Of a stretch of 64,000 nucleotides of DNA, positions 46,008-55,705 are shown piece by piece. Below the pieces are notes generated by a model, which saw nothing but the letters and a program-made list of their open reading frames with translations, made no database searches and had not been told where the DNA came from. A program made the translations under genes and the position numbers. How positions within the stretch are numbered: the stretch's first letter is position 1; each line of letters begins with the position of its first letter. The stretch covers positions 5,058 to 69,057 of IMG/VR virus record IMGVR_UViG_2910903598_000005; one strand, given 5' to 3'. This stretch comes from a virus. Taxonomy: Duplodnaviria; Heunggongvirae; Uroviricota; Caudoviricetes.

Positions 46008-47857
46008 TAGTTTACAAATGTTGCGTATCCGTATTCTTCATCTGTAGTTGCCATATCTAATTCCAACTGGTCTATAAAATATGATCCGTAACTACATGAA
46101 GAATATCTATCTTTTCGGTTATTTCCACGTTCCTTAATTCGGATACCACCTGTGGTTAGTTTTTCATATTGTAATTCTGCACATTCACTAACAAGTGCCT
46201 GAGTCTCTAAGAATGGTCGCTCAAAGTCAAATACATCATCGACTTCAATAGCCTGTCTGTACTCTTTGTTCTTAGAAAGAATTTCCTCTTTTGCGGTTTC
46301 AAAATTAACAAGAAAATCAATCTTTCCTTCGACCAGATTCTTTCTGAAGTTCATAGCAATATCACTGTTCAGGTTTTGTGTACCATTGATAGCATAGATG
46401 CATGGTTTTGCGTCTGGATCTTGACACAATCTACCGTATTCATCGTTGTTCATACATTTTAATGGGGCGTATTCAACACTGCGATCTTCATCGTATAGAA
46501 CTTTTTGTAAAGAATACAGAATTTGCAAACCTCCGTTACGCACATCAATTACTATATAATCAGCGTTAAAATCTTCATATAACTGACGTATTCTAATTGC
46601 CTGTTTCGTTGTATCACCTATCTGGTTAGATTCTATATAAGGGAATTGTCTACGATATCCTTGTTCCATTTGCTTATCGCCATACGTCATTGTTTCTGGG
46701 ATAGCACGAATACAAGAATAAACTGAATTGTCGTTCTGAGAACCTGCTACGAATGCAATATCGCCTGCGATAACTCTTACCTCATTGTCACGTTTAGGGA
46801 TTGCATAGCGGTTTTTCTTATTGATTTGAACATCCAAATTATTTCTTGGATAAAAGACTTGTTTTGAAATTTGCCGATTCATCAGCATAGAATATGTAAA
46901 ATATGCAGAATCAGATTCTTTGATTCTAAGGTTTAAGAACTCTACCTTCCAACTGGTAGGATCTTGCTTTTTCTTTTCTTTGATCAACTGTTGTCTTGTT
47001 TTGAATCCATGTTTTAGGCATATGCTTTCGTCGAATGCTAATAGCATACCCTTCCCATGTTTTAACATTAATTCATAATTCATGTCTACAATTGTCCACA
47101 TCCAATGTGTAGGGTCTTGCCAAGATGAGCTAATATAGATATCAACAGGATCTTCTTGCAAGATTTTCGCTAAAACTGGATCATCTTTATATTGTGGAAG
47201 CTGTATATAACCTGGCTGACGTACCATCTGAAATGGAGAAATGACATTATCTTCAATGTTTTTCTTAATCTGTCTAAACTCTTCTCTAATAGCAACATTT
47301 GAACGAATACCACGGGCGTTATCATTCGCTGTGAACACTTTAATTGTAGATCCACTACGGAATTTAACAACAACGTCTTGTCCATTGGTCTTAACGTATT
47401 CAATTTCTGCTCTTAAAACAGCGGATTTCTCCATTAATTCACCTTGAATTTTTTCAGTAATAATCAATTTACTCTGTCCACGAGTAGCAGAACCAATAAC
47501 AACTTTTGATCCTGGATAAAGAATTGCTCTACAACATGCATATAAGGCAATTAAGAATGATTTTGCATCATTACGTGCTGCAACAATACAAATTGAGTTA
47601 GAAACACCCATATAATATAGTGATAACTGTTGATATGGATATATTGGAATTTCTAAGTAATCTTGCACAAATCTGTGTAAATTTTTCCTAAAAAACGTAC
47701 ACCATGCTAGTGTATGCATAACATTTGTTGGATTACTTAAATAATGCGTAGATGGGAATTTTTTATACAATTCCTTTTGATATTCATCGGCAGGAAACTG
47801 TTCAATCATTTTACTAAGACGTCTGGCAGCAGTCTTTTTACTTACTTGTTTATTCAT
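46007..47857 (-). CDS. terL: Terminase large subunit
   Basis: Walker A-like AARNDAKS, IREEFRQ, YISSS, C-terminal DIAF and RKDRYSS motifs. Confidence 0.85.
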   Translation of the reverse strand: MNKQVSKKTAARRLSKMIEQFPADEYQKELYKKFPSTHYLSNPTNVMHTLAWCTFFRKNLHRFVQDYLEIPIYPYQQLSLYYMGVSNSICIVAARNDAKSFLIALYACCRAILYPGSKVVIGSATRGQSKLIITEKIQGELMEKSAVLRAEIEYVKTNGQDVVVKFRSGSTIKVFTANDNARGIRSNVAIREEFRQIKKNIEDNVISPFQMVRQPGYIQLPQYKDDPVLAKILQEDPVDIYISSSWQDPTHWMWTIVDMNYELMLKHGKGMLLAFDESICLKHGFKTRQQLIKEKKKQDPTSWKVEFLNLRIKESDSAYFTYSMLMNRQISKQVFYPRNNLDVQINKKNRYAIPKRDNEVRVIAGDIAFVAGSQNDNSVYSCIRAIPETMTYGDKQMEQGYRRQFPYIESNQIGDTTKQAIRIRQLYEDFNADYIVIDVRNGGLQILYSLQKVLYDEDRSVEYAPLKCMNNDEYGRLCQDPDAKPCIYAINGTQNLNSDIAMNFRKNLVEGKIDFLVNFETAKEEILSKNKEYRQAIEVDDVFDFERPFLETQALVSECAELQYEKLTTGGIRIKERGNNRKDRYSSCSYGSYFIDQLELDMATTDEEYGYATFVN

Positions 47858-48839
47858 CGTCTAAATCCTCATCATCAGGAATAAAATATTCCTTATCTCT
47901 ATCAGAAGATCCATATTGTAAATTTCTTAATGGACGTAACATAAATCTGTCCACATAGTCTGCCAAGTCATCATAGTCTTCATATAATGGTTTATCTTTG
48001 TAAAATTCTTCGGGCGTATATTTTGATATAGTAGCCAATGTTACTCCAAGAGTGGTGTTCTGACTTTCATCTTTTTCTTCGACTGTTTTTAGACCTGCAT
48101 CGTTGAATGTTTTAGAATACTGACTGCTAAGGTCGATATATTTCTTTGAATCACCTGCTTGTAAAGCACGTATTTGCAACATATATAAATTACATAATGA
48201 TTTTACGAAGATTTCTTGGTTTTGGTCAATGTTTGGATTATTGTCTTTTAGCATATTATAATGTTCATCCAGATTCTTATAATCCGCCTGTGTAAATCCA
48301 GCTCCCCATCTCTTAGTAGCTGAACCAGAAATAGATATGTTATCATCATTTACAGCTTGTTCTGCACTCATAACATGATCATATCCATCTTCATAAAATT
48401 TCGTCTTCATTCCATCAAGATATGTATTACCAACCTTTGTTGTCTGATGAAGATTACGCTTTGAAAGATATTGTGAAAATGTAATTGGTTGATTTTCAAC
48501 CTTTGCATTTTTGTATGCGTCAACATGAAACACTACATCAAATTGCTGACACACATGCTTAATTGCGTGGACTTCATTTCCATTGTAGTAATTAATCAAC
48601 TTCTGTAGATACAAGTCCATACAATCATTACAGATATTGATATACCCATCATTACTCTGGTATAAAGGAGAAGGAGATTTAGCGAAATGGTTTCTCTGAT
48701 TATCCCAACTCTTACCACAGCATGTGCATTTATATTTTTTATCTACCCTAGTAGATCGCCTTGGCATCTCAAATTGCACGTCTCTATTGATGTACATTGG
48801 GGCTTTTACCAATTCTTCTGGCGTTAATTCTCTTGCCAT
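47850..48839 (-). CDS. Zinc-finger protein, probable terminase small subunit
   Basis: CTCCG...CNDC N-terminus; overlaps the terL start. Confidence 0.5.
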   Translation of the reverse strand: MARELTPEELVKAPMYINRDVQFEMPRRSTRVDKKYKCTCCGKSWDNQRNHFAKSPSPLYQSNDGYINICNDCMDLYLQKLINYYNGNEVHAIKHVCQQFDVVFHVDAYKNAKVENQPITFSQYLSKRNLHQTTKVGNTYLDGMKTKFYEDGYDHVMSAEQAVNDDNISISGSATKRWGAGFTQADYKNLDEHYNMLKDNNPNIDQNQEIFVKSLCNLYMLQIRALQAGDSKKYIDLSSQYSKTFNDAGLKTVEEKDESQNTTLGVTLATISKYTPEEFYKDKPLYEDYDDLADYVDRFMLRPLRNLQYGSSDRDKEYFIPDDEDLDDE

Positions 48840-48912
48840 AAGTCCCTCCTTTCCTTATATAATAGAAGAGCAGTAGATGATATCATTCACCTACTGCATA
48901 TAATTCATAATA

Positions 48913-49458
48913 TTAAAATCTCCAAAGATCCTTTAACAGATATTCGAAAGGCAACATAGTTGGCAAAACTTCAAAATGTTTATCTTCCATAATTTTAGCA
49001 ACGATATCCAAGTCAGATACATCTTCTTTGCTGATCGGAATATCATCTTCATCTTCATATCCAAAAAGCCAGATATCAGAATCAGAGTAGAAGTTCAACA
49101 CAAAATCTACAATATCCTGAGTAACCTCTTCTTGATATAAATAAATGGAAGTTCCCTGTAAAGAATCATTATATTTATCATATAAGAAAACTCTCAAGCT
49201 TCCATCATCAAACATTTCAAGACAATATATGGCACCATCTTTTTCCATATTAATTTTATGTGGAGCATAGTCAAGTTCTGACATTGCAATGGATAACATA
49301 TAACGAATTGTCTCAGCGTTTGCAACGATATCTACACAACTATCTCCATCTACCAACTGATCATTAACTGTAAATAAAAGCTCAATTTGGTCTTCGAAAT
49401 CTGTAATATTCAGATCCTCATATTTGTTATATTTATCTTTATAAGAAATAACAATCAC
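48913..49458 (-). CDS. Hypothetical acidic protein
   Basis: 181-aa ORF following HU. Confidence 0.6.
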   Translation of the reverse strand: MIVISYKDKYNKYEDLNITDFEDQIELLFTVNDQLVDGDSCVDIVANAETIRYMLSIAMSELDYAPHKINMEKDGAIYCLEMFDDGSLRVFLYDKYNDSLQGTSIYLYQEEVTQDIVDFVLNFYSDSDIWLFGYEDEDDIPISKEDVSDLDIVAKIMEDKHFEVLPTMLPFEYLLKDLWRF

Positions 49459-49465
49459 TCCAATC

Positions 49466-49762
49466 TTATTTGTTTACCGCATCTTTTAATGAAGCAGAAA
49501 TTTTGAATTTTGGAGCTTTCTTAGCAGGAACATTGATTGTTTCACCTGTTCTTGGATTTCTTGCAACATGAGCTGGTTTATCTTCAACAGTAAATGTTCC
49601 AAGCCCCATTAAGCGAACACCTTCTCCAGACACAATGGCATCAACGATACATTCAACAACTCTATCTAATTCTTCTTTTGCCTCGATCTGAGTTACTTTG
49701 CGTCCTTCTGTTGCTGTTTTCTTTGTTGCAATACTTTTAATTAAATCTTTTGATGTTGTCAT
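49466..49762 (-). CDS. hup: HU family DNA-binding protein
   Basis: GLGTFTV...ARNPRTGETINVPAKKAPKFK signature. Confidence 0.95.
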   Translation of the reverse strand: MTTSKDLIKSIATKKTATEGRKVTQIEAKEELDRVVECIVDAIVSGEGVRLMGLGTFTVEDKPAHVARNPRTGETINVPAKKAPKFKISASLKDAVNK

Positions 49763-49850
49763 AGTTTAATTCTCCTTTTTATAATTAATGTTTTGTTTTT
49801 GACTATTTTCTACGATTTCTCTAAAGAGAGTAGCCGTAAATTGTTGATAA

Positions 49851-50678
49851 TTAAAATGTTAATTCGTTTAACATTTTTGTTCTTTCTGCCAACATGCCAT
49901 CTCTGCTCATATAAGACATAAGCGGAGTACAAGTTGGATATTTAATATCAAATACAGTTATCAAAAATTCTAACCGTTGTCTTAATGGTATATCTGTTCC
50001 TAAATACAAAATATCTTGTTCTTGTAAAAATTCCAGACGCTCATTATAATCTTTTTCCAAACTATCTCTAGTTAATTCATTTGTTTGGATCATAAGATAA
50101 TTCCTAATATCCTGTGCTTTTGCACCAGTTGCAATAACATTTAGGAAATTTGCTTCTCTAGCAAAATCATATTTATCACCATAACGACCGCATTTCCTAA
50201 AAATATTTTGAGATAATGCTTCACATAGTGGTTTATAATTTGATCGTTCAGAAATACGTATTTCCCACCATTCTTTATTATTTGCAACAATATCTCTCAT
50301 CAACATGAAATAACGACGAACAATTTCACCTGTTTCTGTACGCTCTACCATAGCAAGAGATTCTGCCATGTATATCGTCAATATATACTCCGTTGTATAA
50401 AAATACCCATTATTTACGGCTTTCCGTTTTTGACAAGCCGTAACAAAGTCAGTATTTTCTTGAAATTTATATGTATTGATACGACGTTTTATCCATTTAG
50501 AATAATTTGCTTTAACTTCTAGTTGTTCGTGTAATGTTCGTGCGTCAACACAGAATCCTTTAACTTCCATATTTTCAATTAAAACTGGAAGTTTCTTTTG
50601 GTATTTCATTACCAATTTAATTTCGTCATCAGTACAACCTAAGCGTTGCAGTTCTTTCTTAGTAAAATATTTTGCCAA
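49851..50678 (-). CDS. AntA/AntB-family antirepressor
   Basis: Likely TTG start at 50678 (TAAGGAGG SD); VDARTLHEQL...YSKWIKRRI...ENTDF...MAESLAMVE. Confidence 0.75.
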   Translation of the reverse strand: MAKYFTKKELQRLGCTDDEIKLVMKYQKKLPVLIENMEVKGFCVDARTLHEQLEVKANYSKWIKRRINTYKFQENTDFVTACQKRKAVNNGYFYTTEYILTIYMAESLAMVERTETGEIVRRYFMLMRDIVANNKEWWEIRISERSNYKPLCEALSQNIFRKCGRYGDKYDFAREANFLNVIATGAKAQDIRNYLMIQTNELTRDSLEKDYNERLEFLQEQDILYLGTDIPLRQRLEFLITVFDIKYPTCTPLMSYMSRDGMLAERTKMLNELTF

Positions 50679-50860
50679 GAATTCCTCCTTACAATAGAAG
50701 AAGTAGGAAAACAGCCTACTTGATAACGACAAATCAAAGTACAATTGAAAGCCGTATATTTATAGAAATGGAGCAGAAGAAGTAATATCCTCTGCTCATA
50801 ATAAGCAGTCTGTCCGACCTGTTTTGAGAGATTGATCCTAAAAAAATGACTGCCGAATTG

Positions 50861-52081
50861 CTAATTTAACTGTATCTTGAATGATGCTGTATGTCCTTCA
50901 CGTTCTGTAAACTCAAATAACTTGCAAGCACTCTTTGACCCTTTAAAAATACTGTCTGCATAAGGATCACTACCTACAAAGCTTGGACACACTAAAATTT
51001 CTTTATCGCATGTAATACCTTCACTTAGAGATTTTTCAAGCATTCCGTGGTAATGACCAACCAATAAGAAATCAATATCTTCGTTATAAATAGACTCCAT
51101 ATTTTGAATGGCACTATCAATTCCTCTTAATGTATGTCCATGCATTGCAACCATATTAAAGCCAGCGATAGGAATGTGGGTACAATCAGATTCCAGATCA
51201 AGATGTACTTCAACACGATCATTATTTGCCAAACATTCATTGATGTAATTACCAATAATATACTCAAAGTCTTCCGCACATAACTCAGAAGCTCTTGTTC
51301 CTATAGGTCGTGTTTGGCTATGATTGCTTCGACCTACGCAATAATATTCAATTTCAACATATTTGGATAATTCATTTAAGAAATGTGAAATGATTTTTGA
51401 GATATCAACAACTGCTTTGACAACGGCAGAGTCGTTTAATTTGACGTCAGTAAGACGTAAGATACCCTGAATGTCATCACCCAATGTGACGACTTTGAGT
51501 TTAGAAATACCAAGTCTATGTATCAGCACAATGGTCTTAGATAATAATTTTTGAAATCTTTCAATGCAAATTTCTGGAGAGTATTCATTATTAACACTCT
51601 TAAATACTGCATTGTAATGAATATCTGCAATAGAAAGCACATATCCTTTAGATTTATCTTCAACTCTCAGAGGTTTGAAGTCTGGGTTTGGTAGCATCTG
51701 AATTGCTTCAGCCACATATTCATTGAACAGCTCAAAACGACTTTCTTGGCGAGAAATACGATTTCTCTCTAAATTAACTGTCTGTAATTTCTGTCGTTCC
51801 TTACGAATTTTTTCATATAATAACTGATCTTCAGATTTTTCATCGTTACCAGATTTTTGCTTGCTGCGAAAATAAGCATCTCTGAATCTACCACCGAATG
51901 GAGTAGAAGAGGACTTGCGAATTGTATCGCTTGCACATTGTACATGATATTTTTCTTTAATTTCCTGCCAGTCGATATCAACTACACCATCAAGTTTTGA
52001 GTCAATATCTGCACAGACAGCCTCATATGTTTCTGGAGTTAATCCTATTTTTGCTAATTCTTGTTCAAAATTAATGCTGAT
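50861..52081 (-). CDS. Calcineurin-like metallophosphoesterase, probable ATC start
   Basis: SIADIH, LGDDI, GRSNH, MHGH and GHYH motifs; frame is open 122 codons above the track's GTG up to ATC 52081 preceded by GGAGTGA. Confidence 0.8.
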   Translation of the reverse strand: MSINFEQELAKIGLTPETYEAVCADIDSKLDGVVDIDWQEIKEKYHVQCASDTIRKSSSTPFGGRFRDAYFRSKQKSGNDEKSEDQLLYEKIRKERQKLQTVNLERNRISRQESRFELFNEYVAEAIQMLPNPDFKPLRVEDKSKGYVLSIADIHYNAVFKSVNNEYSPEICIERFQKLLSKTIVLIHRLGISKLKVVTLGDDIQGILRLTDVKLNDSAVVKAVVDISKIISHFLNELSKYVEIEYYCVGRSNHSQTRPIGTRASELCAEDFEYIIGNYINECLANNDRVEVHLDLESDCTHIPIAGFNMVAMHGHTLRGIDSAIQNMESIYNEDIDFLLVGHYHGMLEKSLSEGITCDKEILVCPSFVGSDPYADSIFKGSKSACKLFEFTEREGHTASFKIQLN

Positions 52082-52097
52082 AAATCTTCACTCCAAT

Positions 52098-52310
52098 CTA
52101 TTCTTCATCAGAAGGTACGTTTAATTCCAGATCTTCATCAGTCTTTTCTTTCATCTGAAATTCACCATATTTTCCATCAAAGTCTTTTAATAAATCTTTG
52201 AAAGATACATTTCCTTATTCTGTTTCAATAACTCCTTTTTCGATGTCTACATAACCTGCCGCCTTAACTGTGACAGTAGTAGATTTTTTATAAGATAAAG
52301 CTTTCGCCAT
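52098..52310 (-). pseudogene. Small YonK-like protein with one internal TAA
   Basis: MAKALSYKK...GVIETE*GNVSFKDLLKDFDGK...EE; TAA at 52217-52215; AAGGAG SD. Confidence 0.55.
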
Positions 52311-52484
52311 ATTCATTCTCCTTTGCTCTGTTAAATTATTTTTATGGTTTACAATTATTTTTTTGAAAAACCTCTACACACTTGACATAAAATGTGGTAT
52401 AGTGTATATAGAGGAATTTTAAACATTTTTACAAATAAAAATTAAATAATTTCGTCTACAATTCTAAGACGAAGCATCTCATCT

Positions 52485-53915
52485 CTATAATGAAATTTTC
52501 AAACTTGAATTTGCAATAATAACACGTGTGCTTTTGCATTTCTCTTCAAGTTCAGAAGTTAATTTTTCTTTTAGTGTCAACTTTGCTTTTTCTGATCCGT
52601 GATGTAGTACAATTCGATTTGTATTAATGGAAGAGTAGTAGTCAAGAAGCTGATAGAATGGAGCATGTCCACTAAGAGATTTGAGTGAGAAACTTGCACA
52701 TCTGCAAGTATATTGTTTGTTATCTATAGAGATAGATTTAACATTTTTGTCTTTAAGTAATGCAGCCAAACTTCCTGGTGTACTGAATCCTACAAATAAA
52801 ACAGTGGCATTAGGATTTGGAACTGCTTTCTTTAAATGATGTCTAATTCTACCATTATTACACATTCCAGACGTAGATAATATCACGCATGGTTCATTAC
52901 TATGTACTAATGCTTTACTAGATTCTGCATCACGCACAAATACCAAGTTGTCCCAATTTAGGACTTCATCAAACAATTTTAATTCATCGCCAGATAAGAT
53001 TTTACGATATTCGTTGAAAATATCAATTCCTAACGGTGTATCAATATATACTTTATAAGGGAAATCATAATCTTTCATGACCTGATAAATCATTGTTGTA
53101 AGAAATTGAAGTCTGTGATTTGCGAAAGTTGGTATAATTATCTGTCCATGCATTTCGCATACCTGTTGTGTGATAATAGAAAATAATTTTTCGATATCAT
53201 TATTTCTTTCTTTTTGTCCAGTTTTTAAATCTGGGCGATCTCCATAAGTTGATTCTCCAATGACTAAATCTGCATGATCAACAGGAGTAAACTTATTGAC
53301 GTAATAATTATGTACTTTAGAATTTCCAATATCTCCTGTAAACAACAAAGTCTTTTCAACATTGTTCTGTTTGAGATACAATAAAATTTGTACACTACCA
53401 AGCAAATGTCCGTTTGGAATGAGCATAAATGACAAAGTATCATCAATAACAATTTTTTTCATCACAGGATATTCAGAAACATAATTCATTGTACGTTCTA
53501 CATCTTCAATAGTATACAATGGATCATAATTCTTCCCATGTTGATTGTTAATTAATTCTATATCTCTTTCAATGATATAAGCAGAATCTTCAGCCATTCG
53601 ATGCATAATTCGATAATTGTCTTGTGCGACAATCATTTTTGCAGAACATCCCTCTTTATATAATCTTGGGCTTAAAAATACGTGATCCGCATGGAGATGG
53701 GAAATAAAGATATAATCAATGTCTTTTGGCTTAAATTCTTTGAACCTTCTCTTATTTACAAGAAAGTCATCGTATTTACTATTTGACTGATGTAAGCCAG
53801 CATCAATCAAAATGTTGTGAGTATCTGTTTTTACATAAACCATAGAACCAGTGACATCCATGGCAGCAGGTTCATCTACAAATGATACTCTAATATTGTT
53901 TTGTTTTTTCTTCAT
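52485..53915 (-). CDS. MBL-fold/beta-CASP nuclease-like hydrolase
   Basis: SHLHADH, NGHLLGS, FTGDIG, GESTYG, GFSTPGS and SGHA motifs. Confidence 0.85.
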   Translation of the reverse strand: MKKKQNNIRVSFVDEPAAMDVTGSMVYVKTDTHNILIDAGLHQSNSKYDDFLVNKRRFKEFKPKDIDYIFISHLHADHVFLSPRLYKEGCSAKMIVAQDNYRIMHRMAEDSAYIIERDIELINNQHGKNYDPLYTIEDVERTMNYVSEYPVMKKIVIDDTLSFMLIPNGHLLGSVQILLYLKQNNVEKTLLFTGDIGNSKVHNYYVNKFTPVDHADLVIGESTYGDRPDLKTGQKERNNDIEKLFSIITQQVCEMHGQIIIPTFANHRLQFLTTMIYQVMKDYDFPYKVYIDTPLGIDIFNEYRKILSGDELKLFDEVLNWDNLVFVRDAESSKALVHSNEPCVILSTSGMCNNGRIRHHLKKAVPNPNATVLFVGFSTPGSLAALLKDKNVKSISIDNKQYTCRCASFSLKSLSGHAPFYQLLDYYSSINTNRIVLHHGSEKAKLTLKEKLTSELEEKCKSTRVIIANSSLKISL

Positions 53916-53924
53916 AGAGAACAC

Positions 53925-54080
53925 CTATCTTTCTCTATACTTCTTTAGAGCTTTCATTACGCTTCTTTTCTCACTTGCATAGTAAGTAGGATGTCCAGAA
54001 TACGTCTGATGAATATCAGATTTGTCCTTGAATCCTTTTGAGCGAAGATAGAAAGCTTCATTTTTGGTTATCTTGATGAT
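53925..54080 (-). CDS. Small basic hypothetical protein (IIKITKNEAFYLRSKGF...)
   Basis: Not in the track; open frame of about 51 codons with GGAGG SD; start ambiguous (ATC 54080 or ATG 54095). Confidence 0.45.
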   Translation of the reverse strand: MIKITKNEAFYLRSKGFKDKSDIHQTYSGHPTYYASEKRSVMKALKKYRER

Positions 54081-54166
54081 ACAAGATCCCTCCATTTCTT
54101 AAAATATTTCCAGTGATGCTTGACGCTGCACATGGCAGTCGTCGTACATATTTACTGGATTTGGAA

Positions 54167-54239
54167 AGCTGCCGATCAGACTTGAACTGATAACCTGTCG
54201 CTTACAAGGCGACTGCTCTACCAATTGAGCTACGACAGC
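54167..54239 (-). tRNA. tRNA-Thr(UGU)
   Basis: GCTGTCG/CGGCAGC acceptor; GTCGC-CT-TGT-AA-GCGAC. Confidence 0.9.
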
Positions 54240-54336
54240 AGAAAGGAGTAGCGGATGAATTAATATCCACCCACTAGGTGCTAACAATGAAAAAATCTTT
54301 GTTGAAAAAAGAACTGACCACCAAACAGCTCTTTGA

Positions 54337-54372
54337 TTGCACAGGTAGGATTTGAACCTACGATCAATAGTG
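54337..54372 (-). other. tRNA 3' half (T arm plus acceptor strand)
   Basis: GATC-GTAGG-TTCAAAT-CCTAC-CTGTGCA-A. Confidence 0.6.
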
Positions 54373-54375
54373 ACA

Positions 54376-54931
54376 TTACGCTTCTTTTACATACTGCCAT
54401 TTATATCCATATGCAGTTTTTCTATTTCCTCTTGCACAAGCAGCTACATTTTCGTGCCTGAATCCTAATGATCGTTCAATTTCTCTGGTACTATTCCATA
54501 TTTTTACTAATTCATTATTTTTATTGTATTGAGCAGTTTTCTTTGAAAATGTTTTCCTCATTGTATCGGAATATAATTTACTATAACCTAAAACAAATGA
54601 CGCATGTTGTATTTGTTCATATACTGTAGCCCATTCTAAATTTTCAACATGGTTATTTGCCTTATCCCCCGTCTATATGGTTAACTGTGCTTTTCTTTTC
54701 TGGGTTATCGATAAAGGTCGAAGCAACAGCTATATGAACTATAATATTTTTTATTTTTCGTTTATTATTGACATATCCATTAAATATGCTAGTTCTGCAA
54801 TATCCCTTTTTATCAAGATAAAATTTTCTGTTGGTTTTATTTATCTTATGTCTAATATTTCCGAAAGTAGATACTTCATATCTATTATATACTTGATCGT
54901 GATATTTTAATGTTTTCCAAATTTCTTCCAT
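54376..54931 (-). pseudogene. NUMOD4-HNH-NUMOD1 homing endonuclease, frameshifted
   Basis: EEIWK...YEVSTFGNIR; NHIDG|DKANNHVENLEW restored by deleting one G from the G5 run at 54666-54670; C-terminal TAYGYKWQY. Confidence 0.8.
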
Positions 54932-55069
54932 ACACAATCTCCTTCAAAACACAATAGTAACTGTTTAGATATCCTCTTATAATTAATTGTTAAAATAAAA
55001 TTCAGCCATACATTGCTCTAAATAATTAGGTTTAGTTTTACTTTTAATTTTAAATAATTCATCTATTCG

Positions 55070-55095
55070 TTTATTTACCATTACGCCACTGCGCA
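55070..55095 (-). other. tRNA 5' half (acceptor strand plus D-arm start)
   Basis: TGCGCAG-TG-GCGT-AATGGTAA; TGCGCAG pairs 7/7 with CTGTGCA at 54344-54338. Confidence 0.45.
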
Positions 55096-55152
55096 AGAAA
55101 TGGTAGGGACACGAATGTCTCAGCCTAAATGAATTATTATGATGATTTTTAA

Positions 55153-55228
55153 TAGCAGAAGACGGATTCGAACCGCCGATCTTCAGAGAATGAACCTGAC
55201 GAGATAGACCAAACTTCTCCATTCTGCA
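55153..55228 (-). tRNA. tRNA-Met(CAU), initiator-like
   Basis: TCAGG-TT-CAT-TC-TCTGA; unpaired 1:72 (U/U); D arm similar to fMet tRNAs. Confidence 0.8.
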
Positions 55229-55230
55229 AA

Positions 55231-55301
55231 CAGGGATACCTAGACTTGAACTAGGCTCGAGACAGTCAAAGTGTCTTGTGATACCGCTACACTATATCCC
55301 T
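55231..55301 (-). tRNA. tRNA-Gln(UUG)
   Basis: AGGGATA/TATCCCT; AGACA-CT-TTG-AC-TGTCT. Confidence 0.9.
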
Positions 55302-55329
55302 TTGGATGCATTTTTTGTATAAAATACAA

Positions 55330-55413
55330 TTCCTATAGCTGGATTCGAACCAGCGACTTTCATCTAATGTTATCCTTGCTGTGATGACCCTCTGCCAACT
55401 GAGGTATATAGGA
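55330..55413 (-). tRNA. tRNA-like gene with an 18-nt anticodon loop (identity undetermined)
   Basis: Perfect acceptor TCCTATA/TATAGGA, D arm, T arm and anticodon stem TCATC/GATGA, but loop is ACAGCAAGGATAACATTA. Confidence 0.7.
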
Positions 55414-55416
55414 AAA

Positions 55417-55490
55417 CTGACACGACAGGAATCGAACCTGCAACACCAACGTCCGTAGCGTTGTGCTCTGTCCAATTGAGCTACATGTCA
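55417..55490 (-). tRNA. tRNA-Arg(ACG)
   Basis: TGACATG/CGTGTCA; CAACG-CT-ACG-GA-CGTTG. Confidence 0.9.
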
Positions 55491-55705
55491 ATAACGAATA
55501 TGTATTTGCCTCTCATACATACACACTGGCGAGACAATACATATTTCTAAAAAGCAACAGTGTGTAAGTATTGCTTTTCTAGGGCGAACTGAAGTGATGA
55601 ACTCCATCAGAATATCAGAAGAGGTATACATTCCAATATCCACTAGCCATCAGGGCATTCGCATATTTGTTAATCTGCGCATCGTATGCGTCTCAGATCT
55701 AATCG

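Noticed and set aside
51769-51981. Track ORF suggesting a frameshifted N-terminus of the phosphoesterase
   Set aside because: The phosphoesterase frame itself is open to 52081, so this ORF is an out-of-frame shadow.
52215-52217. Genome-wide stop codon recoding
   Set aside because: Only one internal stop was found; TAA, TAG and TGA all end normal genes, and no suppressor tRNA is present.
54080-54095. Third ATC start at 54080
   Set aside because: An in-frame ATG exists 15 nt upstream, so the case is ambiguous.
55570-55700. CTGATG-containing spacer between tRNAs as a hammerhead ribozyme
   Set aside because: No complete CUGAUGA plus GAAA core with three flanking stems could be drawn.
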